A DNA stretch of 63,977 bases, counting the filler, from Octopus bimaculoides (taxonomy: Eukaryota), in NCBI RefSeq assembly GCF_001194135.2. It is 6 parts of 6 records of this genome, joined end to end, with 100 filler letters (N's around TTAATTAATTAA, not from the genome) between each part and the next. Parts side by side here need not be neighbours in the genome. Positions count along the whole stretch, not along the records: positions 26,573 to 41,921 come from NC_068984.1; positions 42,022 to 57,140 come from NC_068996.1; 4 more parts are not named here. One strand, written 5' to 3'. The notes beneath the pieces were generated by a model, which saw only the letters and a program-made list of their open reading frames with translations, was not told the origin of the DNA and ran no database searches. Of the stretch, positions 39,340 to 50,675 are shown piece after piece. The position numbers and the translations under genes are program-made. Position 1 is the first letter of the stretch. Each line of letters begins with the position of its first letter.

Positions 39340-39386
39340 AGGCTGTAGCCCACCATATCATACCATTTTGGAAACAGGCTGACTCT
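39340..39386 (+). CDS. Candidate 47-nt exon, AVAHHIIPFWKQADS
   Basis: cactttttcaactttactctcag| acceptor and TCT|gtgagt donor; next acceptor-like site ttgttttcag at 39477. Confidence 0.3.
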
Positions 39387-40051
39387 GTGAGTAAATTAAA
39401 AACATTCCAGGCTGAATCCAGACCTGCAATCCTGAAATTTTGGATTCCTATGTTTTCATTACTGTGATTGTTTTCAGAGATTTTTTTTACATGATTTTTT
39501 GTGATGAATATGATGATCATTGGGATATGACTCTGGACAAATTCTCCAAATTTTCAACAAATTCTCTAAAACAAGTCAGAGATCTGTTTGTAGATCTTCC
39601 CATTCAGGTTCAGTTGCTTAAAAGCTAGTTGATAATAAGAGACTAAAGGATCCTCATGACTCAAAGCTTTTCTCCACTCATTTGATAACCACTCGCAGAG
39701 TGTACTGGATGGATTTTATTGTAGCACCAGCAACTGAGGGTTAACTTGTATACCATAGTAGTTAAGAGTGCTCACTATTCTAAACCATGTATGTCTGTTG
39801 TAGACAACGTGATTGAGATGGTAACTAAAAGAGAGAGTGATGGTAGAAATTGTTTGGTGTGAGAAATGGGGAGAAAGTTATAAATATTAATAGAGTTAAT
39901 ATTTATGCCCATTTAAACATGGATGTTCTGTTACAACAAACTATACTGCAGTAGATACCGTAAGTGAAACTCTTATATTGGCTTTTGGGGCAAACTGCAT
40001 TCTTGTTTTTTTGCTAGTGGGGTGATAAATCCCTGCTACCTCCAGTACCAA

Positions 40052-40102
40052 GACAACCAGATTACATGATTTCGACCTTCCTTGGTCTCATCAGTGATAG
40101 AC
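40052..40102 (-). ncRNA. Minimal type-I hammerhead ribozyme motif
   Basis: Minus strand gtctatca-CTGATGA-GACC(aaggaa)GGTC-GAAA-tcatgtaaT-C-tggttgtc. Core intact, perfect G-C-closed stem II, near-palindromic stem III, stem I 6/8 paired. Confidence 0.75.
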
Positions 40103-40109
40103 ACTCAAG

Positions 40110-40290
40110 TTGGACAATAGTAATGGAAGGTGAGCAATGGTAAGGGTAGGTAGACAACAGTAAGAGTAGGTGAACAATGGTAAAGATAGATGGACAATGG
40201 TGAGGGCAAGTGGACAGTGATAAGGGTAGGTAGACAATGGTGAAGGAAGGTGGATAGTGGTAAGGGTTGGTGGACAGTGATACTAGTAAG
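40110..40290 (+). repeat. Degenerate ~20-bp tandem repeat (gtggacaatggtaagggtag-like), ~8 copies
   Basis: Repeated gacaatggtaag/ggtaggt motifs. Confidence 0.8.
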
Positions 40291-41600
40291 TGATAATGAC
40301 AATAACAAATAGTTCATATAGGGGAAAGTGAGTGATGACTGACTATTGGCAATACAGAAAGGATGATGGTTAAGAGCATTGAGCACAGACAGGTATGATG
40401 CAGTCTCTTATATATAGGCCTTGTGATGGGTGAGAAAGGTAGAATGATAAGGGGGTCATTAAGGGGTATTGCATACAGGTAGGTCCTGTACAATCTATCA
40501 TTACCCAGGTGGCTCTTGTGATAGAGGGATGAGGCGTAGGGAAATGAAAAGGAGTCAAATATTGCAGGAAGTAACAAATGTAGATTTGACAGTAGATTTA
40601 ATGTTTTACATTCATTTACTAAGAATTTTGTCTTTCTTACTTTATTATACATGTATTCTGTGTTGCCATTGTAGTGTAATTCAATGTATTCTTCTCAAAC
40701 TATTTCTTCTTCAGCTAAATCAGCATGACAATTAAATAGGTTTACCATCTTTGGATTTACTTCAAATGAAAATTAATCAGAGAATCTTTTGTTCATGCCA
40801 GTTCTTAATGATAATAAGTGTTCTAGAATATGCTTTATAATCTATTTTAAGTAAAGAACAAATTTTTGCTGGCTCAGGCATGCTGTGAAATATTTTTTTA
40901 AGTAAATTTGCTTGAAAAATTTCCAAGATTTCAGTACTATTTAAAAAATCAATCAAGATAATGAATTTCTTTGAAGGTAAAATGATACTTCATTAAGTTT
41001 CAAAATATCCAAGCTTGGTAATATATGCTATTTTTATGTTTTCTTATTTCTTTAGCAATATTTTCCTCACCCTTCTCTATCTAGAAAGTTAAATATAGCA
41101 CTGAAAAAGGCTCACAAAATTTACTAAGCAATTTTTTTTCAGAGAGTCATCTGATTTCTTTATGCAGCATTCTAATCAGAACAAATCTTTCTGAACAGAT
41201 AATCATATTTGCTATGTAATTTTATTTTAATAAAAGTTTTAATAACTATACTAAGTAAAGATTATGGAATTATGCTATTTACTTTTTTTTTTGTTACAAG
41301 TTTGCTTGTGAACATTACAATGTATTGCTATAATTCCAGAACATTATATTTAAATGTGCTATGAGGCCTTTAACCTTTCTGACTACTAAGGTAGCATCAT
41401 TGTTGCAATTGATATAAACATTTTCTAATGGAACTTTATGCTCATCAAATCAAAGTCTTCAAGCAATAAGAATATACTTCCCAGTCCTCTCAGTCACCAT
41501 TTAAATAATGTACATATGCCACAAGAAGAATCTTGTTATTGGCAACTGTGGACTCTTAAACCAAAATTAAGGAATGAATTTCTTTCAGTCTTTCAAGTTG

Positions 41601-41868
41601 ATGCAAACATGGCTGCATGGTGAGAAGTTTGCTTCCTTATCACATGATCTCCAATTCAGTTTCACTGCATGGCCCCTTGGTAGTCTTCTACTATAGCCTT
41701 GTGAGTGGATTTGGTAGATGGAAACTGAAAGAAGCCCATCATATGTATATATGTGTATGTCATTATTCAGTTTATTTCAAGATTTCTTGCCAATAGAGAA
41801 AGAACTGGTTTCTAACCTAGATCCAAGGTTCCTTCATTGGAATTTCAGCCTCAACAACAGGGTATTTT

Positions 41869-41900
<32 letters not shown>

Positions 41901-41921
41901 TGTATGTATGTATGTATGTAT
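41601..41921 (+). mobile_element. SINE family A variant, 5' part, ending in (GTAT)n
   Basis: atggctgcatggtgagaagtttgct..ctactatagccttgtgagtggatttggtagatggaaactgaaagaagccc. Confidence 0.8.
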
Positions 41922-42021
41922 NNNNNNNNNNNNNNNNNNNNNNNNNNNNNNNNNNNNNNNNNNNNTTAATTAATTAANNNNNNNNNNNNNNNNNNNNNNN
42001 NNNNNNNNNNNNNNNNNNNNN
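41922..42021. other. Assembly spacer N44-TTAATTAATTAA-N44
   Basis: Same 100-bp linker as at 26473. Confidence 0.95.
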
Positions 42022-42485
42022 TGTGTGTGTATGTATGTATATATGTGTATGTGTGTATGTATGTATATATATGTGTATATGTTTATGTATGTATATATAT
42101 GTGTATGTATATATATATGTGTATGTATGTATATATATGTGTGTATGTATATATATATGCGTGTATATATATGTGTGTATGTATATATGCGTGTATATAT
42201 ATATATATATATATGTATGTGTATATATATGTTTATTATATATATATGTATATGTGTATATATATATATGTATGTATGTATATAGGTTGTGTAAGATATA
42301 AGTTAGAGGTTATGTGACCATCTAAGGGATAGATGTTTCTGTTGGCACTCCTGGTGTATTACCTTGTTATAAAGTATACAGTAGTAGGTAATTTAAAGTA
42401 AAACCGTGGTTTAATATAGATACGATTAGAAATGGAGCAATAAGTAGCAATGAGAAATGGATCATTGATGTTTTAAAGTTCTTTA

Positions 42486-42884
42486 CCGTAAATCCTTGAG
42501 TATAATCCGCAATTTTTTCTGAAAAGTTAAAGGTCAAAATTTCTAGTGCGTATTATATATGAGGTTAAAAATGAAAAATATTTTCTAAGTGATGAATATG
42601 TAAAGGCAATTTACTTAATATTTATTTTTCACTGACGTTATTACTGTTATTTCTATATTTTCTGCAAGCAAAGTGCACAAAAAAGCTATACGTTTGCATT
42701 ATGTTATATATACAATAATAATAAAGGACGTTACCGTATATATATTTACAAACCAAGGATGTTATATAGACCTCCTTGACTCAAGTTAGAGAAGGGGTGC
42801 ATATTATACACAAGGTTTAGGTTTTTCAGGGGTACAGCCCCCTAAAAATCCCGTGTATTATACTCAAGGGCGGACTATTTACGG
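42486..42884. mobile_element. Tc1/mariner (pogo-like) MITE, TA TSD
   Basis: TA|ccgtaaat-ccttgagtataat at left and attatactcaagg-gcggact-atttacgg|TA at right (7-nt insertion in the right TIR). Confidence 0.8.
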
Positions 42885-42890
42885 TATTTA

Positions 42891-43319
42891 AATTAGCAGT
42901 ATGTTTATAACTGTTTCTATTTATCAGAATGGGGTAAATTTGCATTTAGTTCATTACAATTGATTATATGGCAAAAATAAAATAGAAGGAAAAATGTTCG
43001 TTAATCCAATAGTCTTACATTTTAGTGACTTATCATCTCTATATATTAAATCACTGTTTTACCTTTAAATTACATACTACTGTATACCTCATTACAAGGA
43101 CCATACATACTGAGGTAATACACCGACATGTGGAACTATGTAAGTCAACTACAATGGAAGACTATTGGATTAACAAACATTTTTTCCTTTCCTTCTATTT
43201 TTCCTTCTATTTTATCTTTGCCATATAATCGTTTTGAAGATGTTTATCAATTGTAATGAGGTAAATGCAAATTTACCCCTTTTTTATAAAAAGAAATGGC
43301 TGTAAACATACTCCTAATT
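42891..43319. mobile_element. Foldback element with ~140-180 bp imperfect inverted arms
   Basis: Arm 42891-43032 matches the reverse complement of 43141-43319 (agtatgttta..ggggtaaatttgcattt..cattacaattgat..tatatggcaaa..ataaaatagaagg..gttaatccaatagtctt..gactta). Confidence 0.85.
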
Positions 43320-43423
43320 CAATTAAATAATGACTTTAAAACACCAAGGATCCACTCCTCATTGTTAATTATTGTTCCATTTCTTATTGTCTCTATATGT
43401 GTATGTATATATATATATGTATG

Positions 43424-43614
43424 GTAGGGGTCCACCAAGGATCAGTCCTCAGCCCCCTCTTATCCATCATAGTCCTCCAGGCAATAACAGAGGAATTCAA
43501 GCCAGGATGCTCCTGTATGCTGATGACCTTGCTCTAATTGCTAAGTCACTATCAGAACTAGAGAAGTTTCAGGTGTGGAAGCAAGGATTAGAATCAAAGG
43601 GCCATAGAGTAAAC
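43424..43614 (+). mobile_element. RTE LINE RT core fragment
   Basis: VGVHQGSVLSPLLSIIVLQAITEEFKPGC / LLYADDLALIAKSLSELEKFQVWKQGLESKGHRVN (one frameshift; YADD motif). Confidence 0.9.
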
Positions 43615-43629
43615 TGAACCCTTGATTCA

Positions 43630-43905
43630 ATAACACTGTGTATAAACTCTGTATTTGGAATGACCAATTTCAAAGACTGTTGGATTTTACTCATAGGGTA
43701 TTGGAATCTTAATAATGGATTTACAAATGCAATGACCAATCTTAAAGACTATTGGATTTACTCATAAGGAATTGGAATCTAATATGTATACCATTCTGCC
43801 TAAACAACGGATTTACAAATACAATATCCCTGCATTCACTCTCTATTTCCTATCTTATCTAAATTAACTATTGCTTAACCATCCTCTCACGCTGTCTCCG
43901 ATGAA
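43630..43905 (+). mobile_element. Probable Penelope-like terminal-repeat fragment ending in a half hammerhead core
   Basis: Ends ctcacgctgtctCCGATGAag, recalled as a PLE terminal-repeat pattern; contains an internal ~50-bp direct repeat aatgaccaat..aaagact.ttggattt..ctcata.gg.attggaatct. Confidence 0.4.
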
Positions 43906-45760
43906 GTCAAGGTATATTATGTCCACATTTGAGTTGTTGAGTAACTGCCTCAACACCCAGTCATAGTGCTGTAAGATCTGGGTCAGGCAGATCCTACCTG
44001 GTCGAAAGCCATGCTGGGTATCACTCAGCAAGTTGTTTTCTTCAAGGAATGAGATAAGTTTTCCCTCTGACTATCCATTCTATGACTTTGCTGATGTATG
44101 GAGTCAGAGAGATAGGCCTATAGTTTTTGGTATCTGCTGTGCTTCCTCTTTTAAGGAATTGGGCATATTATTCCCTCCTTCAGCGTGCTTGGCAGCCTGC
44201 CATTTGCAAGAAAGCTCTGGAGGAGAATCTGTAGAGGTTTCGCCAGGGCACGCTTACGCGACTTGAGGAGGATTGCTGGGAAACCATCAGGACCAGCAGT
44301 TGCATTTACCTCATCTATGGCTAGTAGTACATTTTCTTCGCTAATGTTGATGTATTCCATTGTAACTGCCTCACTGGTTATAGGTGAGGCAGCAAAGAAG
44401 TCCACTGTTTCGTTTACTTGTCTGTGTTCCAACGGGGTGGTAAAGACACTTTTGAACTGGGCATTCAGTATCTCACTGATCCTGGTTGGACTATCTGTGA
44501 GGGAGGCCATCCTTTTGGAAGAGGGGTCCTATTTTGCAGCGTACTGAGGCTGTTTCTTTGAGATAATGAAAGAAGGCTTTGGGTTTGACTTAATGTTTTT
44601 TATAACCCAGGCTTCTTTGTCTGCTCTCACCCTCACATAGGATTGTTGCAGCCTTTTTCCAATCTCCATCAGTGTCGTTTTTAGGCGGGACCTTTCACTA
44701 CTTCTGGAATGTTGGTTGAAGCAATTTGCAACCTTTATCCGTCATCTTATAAGGATCTTCCTCTCCTTTGGAATCTTGTTCCTTTTTGTTTTGGCCTTGT
44801 GCTCTGGGACATATTTCTGGCATGTGGTTTGCATAACAGACGTGAAATATTCTAGTTTCATGCCAATGTCTGGTATGGAGAGACATTTCGGCCAGTCCTG
44901 TCTAAGGATCTCTTTTTGGATTGATTTCCAGTCTGCTTTGTGGAAGTTCAGATTGGAGAGATTTTGGGCACTTCCTTTAGGCTGTATATCTCTGACTACT
45001 TTCGGCCTATACATAGACAGCTCTCTTATGTTGTAATCCGAAACTAATGTCGGCATCACTTTCACATAATGAACAATGTCCATATTGTTTGTGAAGCAGA
45101 GATCCAAAATGTTATTCGCCTTAGTGGGTCTGAGTACAACTTACTCAGATGGTGAGGTTGAGCAGGGTTTTCACTTGTGCTTGTTTGCAATGAGCCATTC
45201 CTGAGAGCATGAGGCCTTCGGACCATTTGACATTGGGGAAGTTGAAATCACCTGTAAGAAATATGCTCACATGGTGTTCTAGTTTCATGAGGATTTCTTT
45301 AATTCTTGTGAGGCAATCTTCAAAGTTGCCGATGTGCTTTGAAGCATCCTGTGGGTGATATATATTATGACTATATTGTGTTGTCTTATGTATACAATTA
45401 GGGTGTCGCATACCGAATTGGAGTATGACAGTAAGACCTGGGGTGTGAGGTCTTCATGGATGTATACAGCAACTCCACCACGGTTTCTTTCCTTTCTGTC
45501 TGTTCGCCATATGGTATATTTTGGTATGTGTACTTCTGCATCCTCTATATCAGGGCTCAAATGAGTTTCCACAAGTGCTATGCATAAGGCTTGATTGCAT
45601 GCAGCAAAGTCTCTCAGGAAAAAAAATTTGCTTTTGTTGTTGTGATGCAACAGGCCTCCAATATTTAATAAAAAATATTGACGTGACGACTGTGCAAACA
45701 TTAGGGGAGGCCATCCTGTGTCTGTTGATTGTGCAGTGGTGGGCAAGGTTCATTGTTTGC
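43903..45760 (-). mobile_element. CR1-like LINE ORF2 pseudogene (APE endonuclease + RT N-terminus), 3'-truncated
   Basis: IALVETHL, RNRGGVAVY, LTGDFNFP, NILDLCFTN, VSDY; then AGPDGFP, KNYRPISLT, DTQHGFRPGRICLT, VDIIYLDF; several frameshifts. Confidence 0.93.
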
Positions 45761-46054
45761 ACTTGATGTAGCCAGGTCAGCAGCTACACAATCTTTTTCA
45801 CCATGTACAAAAAAGACTCCTGCTTAGCTGCTGCCTTGCACATAACATCTGAAGAGCACACTGCATTTGTATATTTTTTTCTATGGAGGTGATTGGTGCC
45901 TTTCCTCAGGGAAGTATTTCAAAATCAGAATGAACAGGAAAATTGGAAAAGTACCCCCACTGAACTAAGTTTGAAGCGGGGGAATATTTGAGAGGAAATG
46001 CAGTGATTTTATGAATGTGTATACTTATTGTATGTATGCATATATATATATGTA

Positions 46055-46217
46055 GATGCAGATGTGGCCGTGTGATAAGAAACTTGCTTCTCAATCACAT
46101 GCTTGTGGGTTCAGTCTCAGTGTAGCACTTTGGGCAAGTGCGTTCTTCTATAGCCTCAGGTTGACCAAAGCCTTGTGAGTGGATTTGGTAGATGGAAACT
46201 GAAAGAAACCAGTCATG

Positions 46218-46250
<33 letters not shown>

Positions 46251-46372
46251 CTTTGTGTCTGTGTTTGTCCCCCCACCAACATTTGACAACCAGTGTTGGT
46301 GTGTTTACATCCCTGTAACTTAGCAGTTTGGCAAAAAGGACTGATAGAATATGTACCAGGCTTTAAAAAAAA
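46055..46372 (+). mobile_element. SINE family A, CpG-depleted copy
   Basis: Full head and core; CpGs of the 10127 copy mostly read TG/CA here. Confidence 0.9.
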
Positions 46373-46391
46373 GTAGTGTAATAGTGTAATA

Positions 46392-46593
46392 CCTGTTTAT
46401 TCATACTGTTTTGAATTAATCTTGCATTATCTCATAGCTTTGAGGTTTCAGTGATGTGACTTGCCTACTTTTTAGAGTGACATTGCAGGGTAGGTGAGAG
46501 AGCCTGGGTTTAGCCAGTTTGAACATAAAACAGGTAGAATATTTTGGCTGGATATTATGGATATTATGGCTAGTTTAAATGTTAAAGGGTTAA
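46392..46593 (+). mobile_element. piggyBac-like MITE, left end missing
   Basis: Body match; ends aatgttaaaggg|ttaa. Confidence 0.82.
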
Positions 46594-47189
46594 ATCTTGC
46601 TCCTTTTGATGTTATTCTAGACATAAATGCTTCCATTATTTTACATATAGCTCTGATGCATGTAGACTTCCTTAAACCTACTCTCATTAGCCAGTGTTTT
46701 CAAGACTTGAAGTTATTGATCCAAATATTCAGTCAGTGTTGTTTGAAATTAACAAGCTGGTCTCTCACAAATTTCTCATCTTTTGGTTTAATGAAGATCT
46801 CCTCTTTCAGGCAGTTTATCACGTTCTTGCAACTGTCACAGCCATTCTTGAATATGAATATTTTATCTGATATGAAGATGTGTTTAGTCTGTTTGATACC
46901 AGAAATACTGGCAAGGAAATTTTCAGACATATACATAATCAATGTCTGAATTGATACCAATTAGAAAGATATTGTGTTAAGTCTCTTGGAACATAGTAGT
47001 CAGCTCCTATAAGAGCTGTTTAGTAAACTGTCATAAGAAGCAACAAAAAGAATTCTCTATACTAGAGACTTTATTATTCAACAACCAATGATGCATTACA
47101 GCTTCCAGGAAGGAAGTTGAACTGTATCATGTGATACATCAATTTTATAAGAGTGTGGTACCACAATATTAATCATTAACTATAGTAAC

Positions 47190-47700
47190 TAATAATGCTG
47201 ATAATTAAATTATAATGTGGTAATTACTAAATATGATAACTAAAATGTTAATTGAACTATTATGTAGTAATTACAAATTGTAATAAGTGACAGTACTGTT
47301 AATTAATCTATAGTGGAGTGATTACTAAATGTAGTTACTAATAATGTTGATATTAAATTACAATGTAATAATTACTAAATATGATAACTAAAATGTTGTT
47401 AATTAACTACATAGTAATTACAAAATGTAATAAGTAACAGTGCTGTTAATTAATCTATAACCAAGTAATTACTAAATGTAGTAACTAATAATGATGATTA
47501 ATTAAACTATGTCTAGTAATTATTGAATATATCAACTAATAATGTTGTTAAACCACAGTGTGGTAATTACTAAATGTAGTAATTAACTAAATAAACTACT
47601 GTATAATAATTACTGAAAGTGGTATCTAATAATGTTGTTAATCAAACTGGCATAGTAATTACTAACTAACTGGTATAGTAATTTCTAATTAACACAATAG
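47190..47700 (+). repeat. AT-rich ~49-bp satellite with ~148-bp higher-order period
   Basis: taattactaaatatgataactaaaatgtt recurs at 47221 and 47369, with two variant monomers between. Confidence 0.75.
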
Positions 47701-48340
47701 TCAAACAGTTGTAAGTGGGTGATCAGTGTATCAATCTTGTTAATGTAATTAAAATATTATAATTAGGCTTTATTCAATTTTGAAATTAAGGTTTCTGTTT
47801 TGACTTTTATTGCTTGTCTAATATAATGTAGAGTTAATTAAAATACTACTCCAATCATTGGTTTAACAATGTAAGGTAGAGGCTAAGAATTTAAAGAAAT
47901 AAATCAGATAGGGCCAGAGAGGAAGAAATCTTGATGTTTGCTCACTGGCTCAGGAACAAAATTTGCTTAGGGTGTGCAAACCCAGATCCAAAAATTTTTA
48001 CAAAGTCTTGTTTTTTGTATTTATTTCTGTTCTTTGTGAAGAAACCTAACGTTGATCTACTTCTAACAGAACACTTTTTATTCACTGTTTTCTGAACCTG
48101 AGAAAAGTAAGTAGGGGTGCAAATTTTGATTTTGCACCCCATAAAAATTCTAGGGTGTGAACTTGCTCTCCCTGCACACCCTATTTCCAGGCCCAGAGAA
48201 TGAGACATGTGGCTGTTGCCTGACCTGAACATGTATATCTCAAAATTTGCATGATAAATATAGGTTCTGGTTCAAATGTTTGTAACCTGGTGAACCTTCC
48301 TAAAGGCACTCAAGGATTATGTTGTGATATTAAATTGGTG

Positions 48341-48712
48341 CATAAACATGTAGACATGACCTAGCAGCCACTGGTGATATATATATAGACACTACCTAGC
48401 AGCCACTGGTATATAAATGTGTAGACCCCACTTGGAAGCCACTGATGTATAAACATGTAGACACTGCCTAACTACTATAGATATGTAAACATGTTGACAC
48501 CACTTGACAACCTTGTTGTATAAACATGTAGACACCACCTAGCAGTTACTGGTGTATATACATATAGATGCTACCTAGCAGCGACTGCTATATAAACATG
48601 TAAACTCCACTTGGCAGCCACTGAAGTATAAACATGTAGACACCACTTGGCAAAAACTGGTTTTATAAACATGCAGACATCACCTAGCAATCACTGGTGT
48701 CTAAACATGTCA
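48341..48712 (+). repeat. 36-bp minisatellite, ~10 copies
   Basis: Consensus tataaacatgtagacaccacctagcagccactggtg. Confidence 0.9.
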
Positions 48713-49006
48713 GCAAACCACAAAGATCTATTTCAGAGTTGTCCTTGCATAAGAATATTAAATATCTCAAGCAATAAAATCCTTGGATCAAATATCTCTA
48801 ATTCTACTGCAACAAAAGAAGTATTAACTGCAAATTGTTTATAGTCTTGCTCTCAGTGAATCCTCCTTGACTAAGCTTCCAAACCCTACGGCAAAGACAG
48901 ACTAACACATTACCAAAGGAAAGCTGTAAATTTAACAGCTTTTTATTAATTCTTACTCTTCCTTCTTTTTTTTTTTTTGAAAATCTTTATTGTAATTTAT
49001 CTAGAA

Positions 49007-49823
49007 CAGTGGTTCTCAGCCATTTTTCTTCCAAGGGCCCCTTTGATTATCTTATTCTGGTGGACCCCCATAACCAGTCAATGTTTTAAAAACTAGTTTT
49101 ATGGAAACTTTTTTCAAAATTCCTATTTTATTTGTGTTGGTTGAATCATGTAAAATATCAGAAAAAGAAACCTACTTGTTTCTTGCAATACATACATCTA
49201 AAGCAGGGGTTCTCAACTCATTTTATTTTTTATCTATGGACCCTTTTGATTATCATTTTATTCTAGTGGACCCCCCATAGCCATACATTGTTTGAAAACT
49301 AGTTTTATAGATACTTCTTCCAAAATTCCTATTTTGCTTTTCACACATCAGTCCAACCCATGCTAGCATAGAAAATGGATGTTAAACGAAAAAACATCAA
49401 CTTGTGTAGGTTGCATTATGTAAAATGTTAGAGAAAGAAACCTAGCTGTTTCTTGCAGTAAATACCAATGCATACATATAAAGCAGAGGTTCTCAGCCAT
49501 TTTTTATTTATTTATGGACTCCTTTGATTACTATCTTATTCTGGTGGACCTCCATAGCCATTCGATGTTTAAAAACTAGTTTTATAGAAACTTCTTCCAA
49601 AATTCCTATTTTGTTTTACACATGTTCACATGTGTAGGTTTAGCTATGTAAAACATCAGAGAAAGAAACCTAGCTGTTTCTTACAATAAATATATCTAAA
49701 GCAAGTTTTTCATGGACCCATAGAATACTAATGTGGATCCCCAACTTACTATTTTACTGGTATGCCCCCCCCCCCCGTCGACCAAATACAAAATATTATA
49801 TGGACCCCAGTTGAGAACCACTG
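49007..49823 (+). mobile_element. hAT (Charlie-like) MITE with repeated left-end modules
   Basis: TIRs cagtggttctca / tgagaaccactg; 8-bp TSD atctagaa / atctagat (NTCTAGAN type); ~200-bp module restarts at 49007, 49204, 49484 and partially near 49702. Confidence 0.9.
49350..49393 (+). mobile_element. 44-bp RTE 3'-tail insertion
   Basis: agtccaacccatgctagcatagaaaatggatgttaaacgaaaaa, flanked by acatc (49345-49349, 49394-49398), absent from the sister modules, matching the RTE tail at ~29415. Confidence 0.7.
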
Positions 49824-50675
49824 ATCTAGATCGTTATAGCAGTCATATGATAGAAGTACAGTCATTCTACCCATTTGATAGCACACAAAAATGTTTAATG
49901 AAACTAACATTCAGTTATTAGCAACAAAGCAGTGTTAGTACCAAATAGCAATCTCTGTATCCTCCTTATTTAATGTGGGTGTACTATAAGAACACCATGA
50001 TACATTTCTGTGCTTTCTAACACTGTGCTGGAATACTGTGGTATTATGACATTCTTAAAGAACAGCCATATTAAGTAAGATATACAGATTGCTAAATTAT
50101 TGTTTATTTCATTCAGAGTCAAAATTTTCATATTTTCATTGCTCAACCATGACTTGGTCACTGACACATTTCCACTGTGCTCAGATTAAAGTGGATGAAA
50201 ATTTTGACACTTCGTGAATTGAATTAAAGTGAATTCTAAAAGTTCTTTTGTGTGTTAATAAATCACTAAGGTGTGTTATTAAATCACTAAAGTTTACTTA
50301 GAAAAAAGACTTCTAACTCCTGCAATTAATAATACTTCTTTTGTTGCAGGAGAAATAGGGAAATTTGATCCTAGCAATTTATCATTTAAATGTCAAATGC
50401 TCTTATACCAACATTTTGTTAAGTATGGGAGAATTGAATGTCTAAAATGTCTAGGTTTAGATTTTGTTAACATAATTCAGATGACTAACAAAGGATTGGT
50501 TTGAACTATTGTCAATAGGTGTCTTATTACTACTGAACTAAAACATCTGAGGAATGACTAGTTGAAACAATTGATATATGAATTTCAGAAACTAGTAGTA
50601 GATACACAAAACAATTATTATCTTATTCGGGAGAATTGTTCTGTCACCCAGATACAAAGGTTTCCGTTTTTAAAA

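Noticed and set aside
46600-46960. ORFs 46494..46949 and 46733..46960
   Set aside because: No recognisable domain; partly overlap a MITE; may be an unidentifiable decayed element.
47943-48195. Possible hAT-like element with GC-rich ends
   Set aside because: TIRs and TSD could not be matched convincingly.
22933-48712. CRISPR-like arrays (19-, 17-, 27- and 36-bp repeats)
   Set aside because: Units are contiguous without unique spacers, there are no cas genes, and the context is eukaryotic.
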